Positions 1-9,115 of a stretch of 44,491 nucleotides of DNA are shown in pieces; the stretch's first letter is position 1; each line of letters opens with the position of its first letter. Where the stretch lies: positions 1 through 44,491 of the IMG/VR virus record IMGVR_UViG_3300048783_000025; one strand, 5' to 3'. The notes below the pieces were generated by a model. That model searched no databases and was not told where the DNA came from. It was given only the letters and a program-made list of their open reading frames with translations. The translations under genes and the position numbers were made by a program. This stretch comes from a virus (Duplodnaviria > Caudoviricetes).

Positions 1-44
1 ACCAGACGCAGGAAAACGTCCCGAACATTTCTCCCGCGATTCGG
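1..44. repeat. Terminal direct repeat, copy 1 (circular assembly overlap)
   Basis: ACCAGACGCAGGAAAACGTCCCGAACATTTCTCCCGCGATTCGG is identical to 44448-44491; an ORF reads through the junction in frame. Confidence 0.95.
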
Positions 45-392
45 AACGATATCCTCGGCTATGTGGATGTGGTGACGGCCCACAAGGCCGACGACGACAT
101 CTTCCGGGCGTTAACTCGCCGCAGTGGCCGGACCCGCGCTAAGGACCGCTTCGGCTTGCTCCCCAAGGTCTGGGCCGAACCCGATTTCCCGCGTCTGATG
201 CAGTACCTGACCGGCGAATTGACGGCCGATGCCGACCCGATCCAGATCGCTTTCGATGCCGAGCAGGCTGCAGCCGCTGAGAAGCTGGCCGCCGATCTCG
301 CCGCGAAGGAAGCCGCTAAGGCCGCGTTGAAGACCACCGGTCGCAAGGCGGCGCCCAAAAAGACGACCGACGACACTACGTCGGCCCAGTAA
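1..392 (+). CDS. C-terminal part of Sak4-like AAA ATPase/recombinase (continues from 43754 across the junction)
   Basis: In frame with 43754-44491 once the 44-nt overlap is collapsed; contains ILGYVDVV and AKDR motifs typical of the AAA_24/Sak4 family. Confidence 0.8.
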   Translation, partial: QTQENVPNISPAIRNDILGYVDVVTAHKADDDIFRALTRRSGRTRAKDRFGLLPKVWAEPDFPRLMQYLTGELTADADPIQIAFDAEQAAAAEKLAADLAAKEAAKAALKTTGRKAAPKKTTDDTTSAQ

Positions 393-427
393 GAAAACCC
401 AACTAGAAAACACACAGAGGACACAAA

Positions 428-952
428 ATGCCAAAGCTTACTGGCCAGCAGGCCAAAGATGTTCAGGCGACCGCCCCCGCGACCGCCGGAAAACTGCTTC
501 TGGACGACGGGCTGTACGCGGCCCAGCTGGTCAAGGTAGAGGAGAACGAAGGGAACGAATACCCGTACTGGACGTGGGAGTTTGGTAACCTCCACAACGA
601 GGACGGCGCACGCGTTCCGGGACGCCAGTGGAACAACACCAGCACCTCCCCCAAGTCCAAAGCGTTCATGTCGCAGGCGTTCGCGGCGTTCGGCTACACG
701 GCCGACTCAGACACCGACGAAATGCTTGGCGAGTGGGTGGTCCTGGCCGTGATCCAGGAAATCCAGACCAAGGGCAAAAACGCGGGCAACCTCCGCAACC
801 AGGTTAACGGTTTGATGGTTTTCTCCCCGGAGAAGTGGGACTTCGATCCCGAAGCCGCCGCAGCCTCGTTCAAGGAGGAGCTGGCCAGCCGCGCGTCAAG
901 CGGAGGTGGGGGCAAGAGCGCCACCGGCACGGCCGCCGACGAATCGTACTAA
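428..952 (+). CDS. Putative ssDNA-binding protein (DUF669/gp2.5-like)
   Basis: 174 aa, GAGG RBS, follows the Sak4-like ATPase, flexible tail ending in an acidic-aromatic tip (ADESY). Confidence 0.6.
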   Translation: MPKLTGQQAKDVQATAPATAGKLLLDDGLYAAQLVKVEENEGNEYPYWTWEFGNLHNEDGARVPGRQWNNTSTSPKSKAFMSQAFAAFGYTADSDTDEMLGEWVVLAVIQEIQTKGKNAGNLRNQVNGLMVFSPEKWDFDPEAAAASFKEELASRASSGGGGKSATGTAADESY

Positions 953-965
953 CCAGATAAAGAAC

Positions 966-1004
966 CGGCCCCCGCACCCACTGAAAACCTGAGTGCGGGG
1001 GCCG
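966..1004 (+). terminator. Intrinsic terminator-like hairpin
   Basis: CGGCCCCCGCAC / GTGCGGGGGCCG 12-bp inverted repeat right after the stop. Confidence 0.65.
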
Positions 1005-1128
1005 ATTCGTACCCCTAGCTATTAATTGAAACGATATGCTAAGCTAATGCGACCACTCTACGACCGGCTAGTTATAAAGTGGTCCTCGTGGTCCCATGGG
1101 ACCGCATAACGAACAAGGAGAGTATAAC

Positions 1129-3711
1129 ATGGCAAGACTTTCGCTGGAACAAGCGGAACAAGTCGCCAATTGGAAGCCCGGCAGTATTTTCGAGGGTGCA
1201 GCGCTTCACATGACACAGGGCTGGGCCATCTTCCCGCTGGCTCCGCGATCCAAAGAGCCCTATGAGGGCACTAATGGCGTGAAGCAGGCGACGCGGGACT
1301 CGGAGCAGTACGAGCGGTGGGTCAACGACGTACCTGACGCCAATATCGGCGGGGCCACGGATGGCTTTCTGGTGATCGACGTGGACGTCCGGTCCGGCGC
1401 CAAACGGCCCCTGGAGCTGCAAACCCGCTGGCACGCGTCCGGCCGGGGCGACGGTGGCGGCCATTTGATTTACCGCTTAACCCCCGCGCAGCGCCACATG
1501 GGGCTAAAGTCCGGCTCCGGGCGGCTCGGGCCAGGTATGGACATCAAAACCGGAGCAGGATCGTACGTGGTCCTCCCAGACTCGTTGCACCCGGACACCG
1601 GTCAGCCGTACGTGTCGGACCGGATGCCGATCAAGTACCTGCCGGATGATCTGGCCCGGAAGATCTTAGACGCGCAGAACTCCAAGCGGGGTGGCGAAGG
1701 TGAAACCAACAAGGGCCGTTCGATCCTGTCGCATTTGTTGAGCCACCCACCGGTCGAGGGAGGCCGCAACGAGTGGTTGACCAAGGTGGCGGGGCACTTC
1801 GCGAAGCAGTACCGCAAACAGCCGGACCTGTACTACGAGATGATGAGAATGGCCAACGAGCGGCTGATCGAACCGCTCGACGAGATGGAAGTTGATAAAA
1901 CCGCCAACTCGATCTGGAACACGGAGGCCGGTGGTCATCCCGACCGCGAGTTCTCTGAATTGCTCACCCAAGACAACGGCTACCTGACCGGTGGCGACTT
2001 TGAGACTTTGCATGGCATCCTCGACGGTCCCAAAGAAGCCACGATGATCATCTCCGAGCAGTGGGGCAACTTCGACGTCAAGCTTCGCGCCAAATTAATT
2101 GATCCCGAGTCAGACGCGATGTGGTTCGACCTGATCCTCCAGTGCAAGCACGATCGCAAAGAGATCTCGACGCTCGTCCCCGCCTCGATCTTCGGGGATA
2201 CGCCCAAGCTGCGGGGGTGGCTCGCCTCCTTCGGCCTCAGTGTCAAGGAGACCCCCGAACGCCCCCTCCACAAATCAATGGGGTGGTCGGCGCGGCTGGG
2301 CCGGTACGTCGGCGCCCAGTCGGCCCCGGTTCACATCCTGGCCAAGAAACTCGGCTGGGATGATGAGGAAGGGGCCTACCTGACTCACCTGAACGCGGTC
2401 AGCGAGGATGGCGCACGCGTTTACCGCAAATCCCAGCCCGTGCCGTCACTCAAATCATCGGGCCAGTGCAACTTCGAATACGGTTTTGCTGGTTCCCGCG
2501 AACAGGCCCAGCGGGTGCTGGCCGAAGTGATGACGTTCCACGACGAGAACTGCATGGCGGCTTTCGGTGCCTGGTGGGCCGCCAGCCTCGTTAAACAGTG
2601 GCTCCAGCCGCTGGCCGGGTTGTTCCCATTCATGGCGATTGAGGCGGCCTCGGAGTCGGGTAAAACCGAAGGTGCGTTCGGCATGCTTGTCCGGCTTGCC
2701 GGGACCATGGATTCCGCCGGATTTTACACAGTGGCCGCGCTGCGGGATGTACTATCCACCAATAGCAACGGTATCGTCTGGATTGACGACGTGGACGAAC
2801 CGACTCGCTACTTTGAGCTACTGCGGTCTTTGACCATGGGTGGTGTACTCAGCAAGAAGGCAGGCGAGAACTTCGCCAACACCCAGCAGTTCCGGCTGGT
2901 CGGATCGCTCCTGATGTCCGGTGAGGCACTGGGCCTAGAGAAGCAGAAAGCGCTGCTGGATCGGGCCGTGTTGATTTCGCCACCCTCGCCCACCGACCGG
3001 ATATCCCTCAAGTCCGGCCGCGAATCGATCGCGCAATATCAGGACATCCTGGACCTGCGGGCCGATCTGGAAATCCTCGGCGGTGAGCAGGCCATTGCGG
3101 GGCATTACTTGTGGATGGTAGCGGGGTGGCGCGAGCAGATCGAGCAGACGTTTCGCGATACCCGTACTCTCCCTGGCCGCGTGAAGGCCCGAGACGCCCT
3201 CCTGCGCACTGGCGCCCGCGTCCTGGACGCGATGCTCGCGACGGGCCAGCGAGATACTAAGGCGGCCTGGTCGGGAGACGGACGCTGGGCCAAGCAACTG
3301 GAGGAGTATTTGGCACTGGCTGAGCCAACCACCTTCAAGGGCGACAACAAGCTCTTCCTGGAATTGCTGCCCTGGGCGCTGCGGAATTTCAACCTTCCGG
3401 AAACCGCTCACCGCGCGGGGGGCGGGGCCGCCGCGTTCGTCGAAGGAATCGAGGAGGGCGCACCGGTCATCTGGTTCTCACCGCGCCAGCTGGCCAAGCT
3501 CTGGGGCGAGACCAACCACGGCCGGGTGGACGCGCGGCTCGACACCGAAGACGCGATCAAGAACCAGGCCAAACAAGCCGGATTTTGGGGTGTTAAGGGG
3601 GCTATGCGGCGCGAGTTCCGGGTGTCGGTCCGCTCGGAGGGCGCGCGGGCCTATTACTATGGCATCACTGGGGCAGTAGCGGAAATCTTGATGGAGCGTT
3701 CGCGCAACTGA
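1129..3711 (+). CDS. Bifunctional primase-polymerase fused to a helicase domain
   Basis: N-terminal Prim-Pol motifs (WAIFPL, NIG, LVIDVD, GHLIY, DIK..GSYVV), GGRN/PriCT-like region, Walker A AASESGKT and WIDD; AAGGAG RBS favours ATG 1129 over 1096. Confidence 0.85.
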   Translation: MARLSLEQAEQVANWKPGSIFEGAALHMTQGWAIFPLAPRSKEPYEGTNGVKQATRDSEQYERWVNDVPDANIGGATDGFLVIDVDVRSGAKRPLELQTRWHASGRGDGGGHLIYRLTPAQRHMGLKSGSGRLGPGMDIKTGAGSYVVLPDSLHPDTGQPYVSDRMPIKYLPDDLARKILDAQNSKRGGEGETNKGRSILSHLLSHPPVEGGRNEWLTKVAGHFAKQYRKQPDLYYEMMRMANERLIEPLDEMEVDKTANSIWNTEAGGHPDREFSELLTQDNGYLTGGDFETLHGILDGPKEATMIISEQWGNFDVKLRAKLIDPESDAMWFDLILQCKHDRKEISTLVPASIFGDTPKLRGWLASFGLSVKETPERPLHKSMGWSARLGRYVGAQSAPVHILAKKLGWDDEEGAYLTHLNAVSEDGARVYRKSQPVPSLKSSGQCNFEYGFAGSREQAQRVLAEVMTFHDENCMAAFGAWWAASLVKQWLQPLAGLFPFMAIEAASESGKTEGAFGMLVRLAGTMDSAGFYTVAALRDVLSTNSNGIVWIDDVDEPTRYFELLRSLTMGGVLSKKAGENFANTQQFRLVGSLLMSGEALGLEKQKALLDRAVLISPPSPTDRISLKSGRESIAQYQDILDLRADLEILGGEQAIAGHYLWMVAGWREQIEQTFRDTRTLPGRVKARDALLRTGARVLDAMLATGQRDTKAAWSGDGRWAKQLEEYLALAEPTTFKGDNKLFLELLPWALRNFNLPETAHRAGGGAAAFVEGIEEGAPVIWFSPRQLAKLWGETNHGRVDARLDTEDAIKNQAKQAGFWGVKGAMRREFRVSVRSEGARAYYYGITGAVAEILMERSRN

Positions 3712-3717
3712 TATAAA

Positions 3718-3761
3718 AGAAGACCCCCGGTCGCGTGATGGGCGCGGCTCGGGGGTCTTCT
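3718..3761. terminator. Bidirectional terminator between converging genes
   Basis: AGAAGACCCCC / GGGGGTCTTCT inverted repeat at the convergence point. Confidence 0.7.
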
Positions 3762-3771
3762 ATTCGGTTGG

Positions 3772-3954
3772 TCAGATGGTGTTGATTTTCTCTTCAAAGA
3801 GCAGGTCAATCGCCGCGAGTGGGACTCCGGTCTCGCGGCTGATTTTCTGAAGGGTGTCCGCCAGGTCGTAACGGCTGATTCCACAATCCACTAGCTCGAT
3901 AGCGAGCGCTTCGAGGGTTTCGTCGATGGCTGGGGTGATCTCGTGATTCGTCAT
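3772..3954 (-). CDS. Hypothetical protein (60 aa, MTNHEITPAI...)
   Basis: ATG 3954 sits just after the stop of the upstream ORF; helical, protein-like composition. Confidence 0.55.
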   Translation of the reverse strand: MTNHEITPAIDETLEALAIELVDCGISRYDLADTLQKISRETGVPLAAIDLLFEEKINTI

Positions 3955-3956
3955 GG

Positions 3957-4145
3957 TCAGACGGTCCGGTAAGCGTGAGCCGAGTTGTGCGGGCCGGGCT
4001 TCCCCTTGATAGCCCATTCGTCGTAGGAAAGCTTGCTCGGGAAACCAACGGTCGCGGAGAAGGCTAGGAAGTTCTCGTAACTGGGAACACATCCGGCGCA
4101 ATCCGCGTTGTGGCTCCGGTTCGGGCTGTATCCTCTGTGGTTCAT
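3957..4145 (-). CDS. Hypothetical protein (62 aa, CxxC)
   Basis: ATG 7 nt after a TGGTAAAAT extended -10 (leaderless geometry). Confidence 0.55.
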   Translation of the reverse strand: MNHRGYSPNRSHNADCAGCVPSYENFLAFSATVGFPSKLSYDEWAIKGKPGPHNSAHAYRTV

Positions 4146-4152
4146 ATAAATA

Positions 4153-4161
4153 ATTTTACCA
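4153..4161 (-). promoter_or_regulatory. Extended -10 promoter TGGTAAAAT
   Basis: Matches a TGnTAnnnT motif that recurs in intergenic positions across the genome. Confidence 0.6.
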
Positions 4162-4176
4162 TATTACTACCCCCTA

Positions 4177-5697
4177 CTACAATAGGTTCATCCGGCGCGC
4201 GGCGGAGAGCGTCCGGACCTGTTCTTCGGACTTCTCCGCCAGCACCTCGCGCTTGTGGGTGTCCAGAATCGGATCGCCGGTCGGGCTAACAGCCACATAA
4301 TCGAGTACGTAGCAATGCCGGGTCTGGCCCATCCGGTGGATGCGCTTTTTGGCTTGATCATTCTTGTGATTACGCCACGACTTTTCAACGAAAATAACCA
4401 TGTCGGCCGCCGTTAGCGTCAGCCCTTCGGCCAGCGTATCAATGGACCCGACCAGTACGTCGAGGCGTCCTTCCTGAAATCCCTGGACAGCCTCGGCCCG
4501 CTGGGCCGCGTCGGCTCCTCCGTGGACGAACGAGGCACGGAGACCCATCTCCTGAGCCACTAAGTAGCACGCCTCCACCGAGTTGCGGTAATGGCACATG
4601 ATCAGCGTGGGCCGCGTCCGGCGTTCTAAGTCGAAACGCAATCGTTCCAATTTACCGGACTCCTGAATATCGACCCGGCCATCGGCCAGCCCCAGCCCGG
4701 TGGAGATCCGATCCATATAGGTCCAGCGCGAAGACCGGTACCAGGCGGTTAACGGTTCCTCGTCCTCCTCGCGGAGTTGGGTGAGTTGTTTGTCCCGCAT
4801 CTCCTTGTAGGCCCGCCACTGCTTGCTCGTAAGCGGTACCAGAACTTCGTCCTCGACGATCGGCGGTAAATCTTTCTGGACGTCAATCGCCAGCCGTTGT
4901 AGAAACCGGTCTCCGAGGTTGGCTTGCGCGAACTCAGTAAAGTGCTCACATGGGTTGGACGGATCGGCCGTGCGGCATCCGGGCGAACAGCGACGAAGCC
5001 CACCAATATCGTAAACGCCGGGTGGCGCATACCGGTTTTGCGCAACGAAAAACCATTCCCGTTCCCAGCGATTTTTTGAGCCAAACTGTTTGCTCGGATT
5101 CGCCTTATCCGGCCACAACAGCTGTAGGGGGGTGAACAACTCGTGTGCCCAGTTAGGGACCGGCGTACCCGTGGCCATATACCAATTAGGCGTACACCTC
5201 CGGAGCCGCTTAATCGCGCCGGTCCGGTTGGCTTTGGCGTTTTTGACATTGTGCGCCTCGTCCAGGATAACTGTGTCCCACTCGTGATCCAGCGCTTCTT
5301 CTAGGAGCGGATAGTGCTCCGTGATCCACTTAGGGGTTTGCTCCTCGGGGGGCCGGTGCCGCTGGTTCTTTGGTACTTTAAGCACGCGCGCGGTCTGATG
5401 GAGCTGGTGCCAGGCCACGAACGTAAATCGATCCGGATCGTCAGCCCATTTGCGCACCTCCCCGGCCCACGATCCGGAGTCCAGGAGCATCGACGGCATC
5501 ACCACTAGGGTTTTTCCCTGGCTGGCCTCGATAAGCATGCGGGACTTGCCTAGCCCCATTTCGTCCGCGAGGAGCGCGGAGCCGGTTTTCCGGAGCCACT
5601 CGATGCCGATTTTCTGATAGGGGCGCAGTGCCAGCGGATCACTGCTTGGCGGGGTTGAATTGATTTTCGGCATTAGGGAATTTCTGCCCTTCGACAA
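4177..5697 (-). CDS. SNF2-family DNA helicase
   Basis: LRPYQ Q-motif, LADEMGLGKS, DEAH, TGTP, EGLTL and QAKKRIHRMGQ motifs; start could be 5673. Confidence 0.92.
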   Translation of the reverse strand: MSKGRNSLMPKINSTPPSSDPLALRPYQKIGIEWLRKTGSALLADEMGLGKSRMLIEASQGKTLVVMPSMLLDSGSWAGEVRKWADDPDRFTFVAWHQLHQTARVLKVPKNQRHRPPEEQTPKWITEHYPLLEEALDHEWDTVILDEAHNVKNAKANRTGAIKRLRRCTPNWYMATGTPVPNWAHELFTPLQLLWPDKANPSKQFGSKNRWEREWFFVAQNRYAPPGVYDIGGLRRCSPGCRTADPSNPCEHFTEFAQANLGDRFLQRLAIDVQKDLPPIVEDEVLVPLTSKQWRAYKEMRDKQLTQLREEDEEPLTAWYRSSRWTYMDRISTGLGLADGRVDIQESGKLERLRFDLERRTRPTLIMCHYRNSVEACYLVAQEMGLRASFVHGGADAAQRAEAVQGFQEGRLDVLVGSIDTLAEGLTLTAADMVIFVEKSWRNHKNDQAKKRIHRMGQTRHCYVLDYVAVSPTGDPILDTHKREVLAEKSEEQVRTLSAARRMNLL

Positions 5698-5965
5698 CGG
5701 TTACTAGAAAACGCTTGAAGTTCTGGGGATCGATCGTGATTTTGCGCTTTTTGCCGTCCAGGTCACCTACTAGTTCGGCCCACGCCTGGGCAACGTCGCG
5801 ATTGCTGCAAACTTGAGTGTCAGGAGTGATCGTCTGGAGGGCTGTCGGATCGCGTTGCAATGCCATCGCTAGATACAAAGTTCTCTTTTTGCGCCACTCC
5901 TTCTGTGCTGGAGTCTTCGCCCCGTAGCTGTCCATAGGCCGTATCGCGGTCAATGCCTGCTCCAA
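5639..5965 (-). CDS. Hypothetical protein overlapping purB and the helicase; start uncertain
   Basis: 108-aa ORF filling the gap on the coding strand; overlaps both neighbours. Confidence 0.35.
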   Translation of the reverse strand: MEQALTAIRPMDSYGAKTPAQKEWRKKRTLYLAMALQRDPTALQTITPDTQVCSNRDVAQAWAELVGDLDGKKRKITIDPQNFKRFLVTVVEGQKFPNAENQFNPAKQ

Positions 5966-7037
5966 TCATGTCGTTGAGCTTGTCGGCCGAGGATTTCCAT
6001 TCAATGTCGGCATCTGTGGGATGGAGGAAAAACAAACCGTCCATCAACTGGTGAGTCTGTTTGAGAAGATACCCCGTCAACTCGATTAAATCCCATAACG
6101 CCACCCGCTCGACCGAGGAATTGGATATATCGCGCTGATCCCACATCGCGCCGTTGGTTTCGAGTAGCGGAATGAACAGTCCGCGTGCTACCCGTGCTAA
6201 CCCGCAGATTTTCTCGGCGGTAACCGGGTTACGCTTGTGCGGCATCGACGACGAGCCTTTTTGGTGCACCCCGAAGTTCTCGCGGAGTTCCGCTATTCCA
6301 TCCTGGGATCTGAGCCGGACCTGTAAGGCGAATTGTTCACACGCCGAGACCAACTGGACACATATAAAGCCTAGTTTCGCGTATTCCATGCGGTTGGTGA
6401 TTTGAGTCGCGTGACTGTCAACACCAACGTCGAGCTGATAGAGCACGCTAAACTCCACCTGCTCAGTCATCGGCCCGTTGTGCTGGCCGGTTGGACCGCT
6501 GAGTTTCCCATAGAAGCGGGGATATTCATCTTCGATTAAGGTAAACAAACTAGAAGCAAGGCGTTGATGTGCATCCCATTGTGAGACTTCGTAGGCTCGC
6601 TGGCCATGAGTCCGTCCGATACGTGTGGGGGTTGTGCCCGGTGCGGGCAGCGCGTCCACGGCGAGTTCGTTTGCGGCCATCCGAAGATATTTCCAGGCCG
6701 TCTTCATGAGCAGCGCGTTGGTCGTGTCTACTAAATCGGAGGAGGTGAAGCCCCAGAACAGGAAACGAGCAAACTCACCGGAGCCGGTCCGACGCATCTC
6801 GTGTTCGAATATGTCGATGAACGCGGCCACGTCGTGCCGGGTGCTCCGCTCACGGAGTTCAACTTGATCCACCATCGGGATGGGAGTTTGCCGAATGGCT
6901 TGAGCGGTCCCAGCGGGAACTAGATTCAGTTTTTCGCGAGCTTCGGCCACGCGAATTAGAATATCGCGATAACGAGCGAACCGGGATTCGTTTTGCCGGA
7001 GTTGCCAGATGTGTTGGTCGCGGTAGCGTTCAATCAT
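5820..7037 (-). CDS. purB: Adenylosuccinate lyase (phage-encoded, C-terminally shortened)
   Basis: MIERY N-terminus, TRHDV, GxTSSD, GRTHGQ, signature GSSSMPHKRNP, RDISNSSVER. Confidence 0.93.
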   Translation of the reverse strand: MIERYRDQHIWQLRQNESRFARYRDILIRVAEAREKLNLVPAGTAQAIRQTPIPMVDQVELRERSTRHDVAAFIDIFEHEMRRTGSGEFARFLFWGFTSSDLVDTTNALLMKTAWKYLRMAANELAVDALPAPGTTPTRIGRTHGQRAYEVSQWDAHQRLASSLFTLIEDEYPRFYGKLSGPTGQHNGPMTEQVEFSVLYQLDVGVDSHATQITNRMEYAKLGFICVQLVSACEQFALQVRLRSQDGIAELRENFGVHQKGSSSMPHKRNPVTAEKICGLARVARGLFIPLLETNGAMWDQRDISNSSVERVALWDLIELTGYLLKQTHQLMDGLFFLHPTDADIEWKSSADKLNDMIGAGIDRDTAYGQLRGEDSSTEGVAQKENFVSSDGIATRSDSPPDDHS

Positions 7038-7043
7038 ACTACC

Positions 7044-7052
7044 ATTTTACCA
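7044..7052 (-). promoter_or_regulatory. Extended -10 promoter for leaderless purB
   Basis: TGGTAAAAT, then 6 nt, then the purB ATG; no SD sequence. Confidence 0.65.
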
Positions 7053-7057
7053 CGTTA

Positions 7058-8398
7058 TTACAAGTCCCAAAACTCCAGCGAATCTATGCCTGGCGCGGAG
7101 AACTGGGCGGTAAAGGCCGGGTAGTTGCATTCGATCGCAATAACGCAGTTCCGGAACGACGAGCCGGTTGGAACCAGTGCGCCGGAGTCGTTCCAGCTGA
7201 GAAAACTAGTGCCCGAGCTGTTCTTGTACGCGGACCAGATGTTGCCGACCCGTTCAAACTCGATCAGGTCCGTGCTGGCTACGCTAACCACACCACTCGC
7301 CCGAATGGTCTGCCCGGCCGTACCGGACCCAATCCCTGGCGCGCCCATGGCACCGGACTGGGTGACGATCGCGCTGCCGCTGGCAGTGCTAACCAGCAGG
7401 TAACATTTATTGATCCCCGCCTGGCCAAATGTACTGTGACCGAAACCTACGATCGTGAAGTTGTCTGTCGCAACCCCGGTGGTAGGGGCTTTAAGCTGAA
7501 TCTTGGCCCGATAGTTGTCGGTATACAGTTTGCCGGAATCCGAAAACTCGGCCCCGGTGTACTGGTTCCAGGCCGCCGCCCGGCCGTTGCCGTTAGCCGC
7601 GTTCTTGGCCTGCGCGGCATTGCTGGCGATCTGGTTGGAACCATTCCAGGTGGTCCCGTAGTTAGCGCCCAGCGTGGACGCGTTCGTCCGGTTCATCAGG
7701 TCGGTGTATCGGCGCCCAGCCGTGGGGGTGGCGACTGGAGCAGACTTGGCACCAGCGGAGAAGTTGCGGACACCTAGATCCGCGATAAACGATAGCCCCG
7801 CGACCTTAGCCCCAAGCGAGAAATCGCGATTGCCGATCCCTACAGCCGGTGCGGTGGCTTCGACTTTCGCCCCCAGCGTGAAATTGCGCTGGCTGAGATC
7901 GACGCCAAATGCGAACGGCGTGTGTTTGGCTGCGGCCGGGATAGAAACTGTACCCACTCCCACCGAGGGCGACATTCCGAAGACTTGCGCTTTGGCCGAA
8001 AGATCGACATTGCCGACTACTTTGTTGGTCTCCGAGACCACGTTAATCGCTTCGGATTTGGCCTTCGCGGAGAGGTTTACCTGGCCAATATCGAGGGCAA
8101 CGAGCGCCGGAGCTACTCGTGCGCCAGCGGACAGGTTCACGTTGCCGGACGTAACTATGAAATTAAACGCTTCGATTTCCGCCCACAAAACCAGGTCAAC
8201 AAGGAACGGTAGGAGTGGCGCCCAATCGTCGGGGATGATCGTCCGGGGTACCTGTGCGATATCCTCCTGTACACGGGGAACGTCTAGAAAGACGCCAGGG
8301 GCCTCAGGTACCCGAACCTCGTCCGGAGACGGCGACGGGGGCAAATCAAGCTGCTCCCGAGGCGCAACCGGGAGGTTTTCACTAACGCGGTCGCCCAT
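7058..8398 (-). CDS. Minor tail / receptor-binding protein
   Basis: End of the tail module; repeated (N/D)xSLGAK-like units and a beta-rich C-terminal domain. Confidence 0.65.
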   Translation of the reverse strand: MGDRVSENLPVAPREQLDLPPSPSPDEVRVPEAPGVFLDVPRVQEDIAQVPRTIIPDDWAPLLPFLVDLVLWAEIEAFNFIVTSGNVNLSAGARVAPALVALDIGQVNLSAKAKSEAINVVSETNKVVGNVDLSAKAQVFGMSPSVGVGTVSIPAAAKHTPFAFGVDLSQRNFTLGAKVEATAPAVGIGNRDFSLGAKVAGLSFIADLGVRNFSAGAKSAPVATPTAGRRYTDLMNRTNASTLGANYGTTWNGSNQIASNAAQAKNAANGNGRAAAWNQYTGAEFSDSGKLYTDNYRAKIQLKAPTTGVATDNFTIVGFGHSTFGQAGINKCYLLVSTASGSAIVTQSGAMGAPGIGSGTAGQTIRASGVVSVASTDLIEFERVGNIWSAYKNSSGTSFLSWNDSGALVPTGSSFRNCVIAIECNYPAFTAQFSAPGIDSLEFWDL

Positions 8399-8406
8399 CG
8401 TGGCGC

Positions 8407-8754
8407 CTAGGCGTCAATAACGGTAACGCGCGGAGTGAGAGTGATGTTCGCGACGCCAGACAGGACGATCGACGGGAACGTCTTGCCGGCGACGTAAGTG
8501 CCCGCCGTGACGGCCGACCATTGGCCCATGCCGAGGTAGGTACCCGCCGCGACCGACAGGAACGTGATAGCCGAGCCGGTGTTGATGCCGTCCGAGCCTC
8601 CGGCCGTCCACGTGGTGAGAATGCGGACATACCCGCCGTAGGCCGCCTCGCTGGCTCCAGTGGTACCGGGGTCGGCGGTGTGCAGGGAGATATAAGCGCC
8701 AAGGGCTGCGACCGCGTTGGCCGCCGCCTCTAGTGCCGCATTAGAGAGCGCCAT
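8407..8754 (-). CDS. Small minor tail / fibre-associated protein
   Basis: YISLHTADPGTTGASE motif common in actinophage tail proteins. Confidence 0.65.
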   Translation of the reverse strand: MALSNAALEAAANAVAALGAYISLHTADPGTTGASEAAYGGYVRILTTWTAGGSDGINTGSAITFLSVAAGTYLGMGQWSAVTAGTYVAGKTFPSIVLSGVANITLTPRVTVIDA

Positions 8755-9091
8755 TAGCTGCTTCCTTTCGTTGGATCTCGCCGTAATACCGCAAGAAGTC
8801 GGCGGTAAACGCGCCGCGCGGATACGACTGGTACATGTGGTACAGCGAGCCGTCCGGGATGTTGTTTACGGCAGTGTCCTGCTCGAAAAACGTGAGTAGG
8901 TCCAGTTCCGGGCTGAGTTCCGCGTCGAATGTGGCGAGAATCGTTCCGTCTTCGTCCGAGTAGATCTCGATCCGGGCGGCGGTGTCCTCGTGGTAAGTCG
9001 AGGTCTGGGGCTCGTACTCCTGGAGAAAGTCGGCTTTCCAGGAGAGAGTTAGATCCTTCCGGATCGGATCAAAACCGATATTGTCTGCCAT
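8741..9091 (-). CDS. Putative minor tail protein
   Basis: 116 aa, coupled to neighbours, GGAGG RBS. Confidence 0.55.
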   Translation of the reverse strand: MADNIGFDPIRKDLTLSWKADFLQEYEPQTSTYHEDTAARIEIYSDEDGTILATFDAELSPELDLLTFFEQDTAVNNIPDGSLYHMYQSYPRGAFTADFLRYYGEIQRKEAANGAL

Positions 9092-9115
9092 CGCAAGCCT
9101 CCGTTTCCCCTAAGT

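Noticed and set aside
1-44. Physical terminal repeat of the virion DNA
   Set aside because: It is short and falls mid-gene, which fits an assembly overlap of a circularly permuted genome
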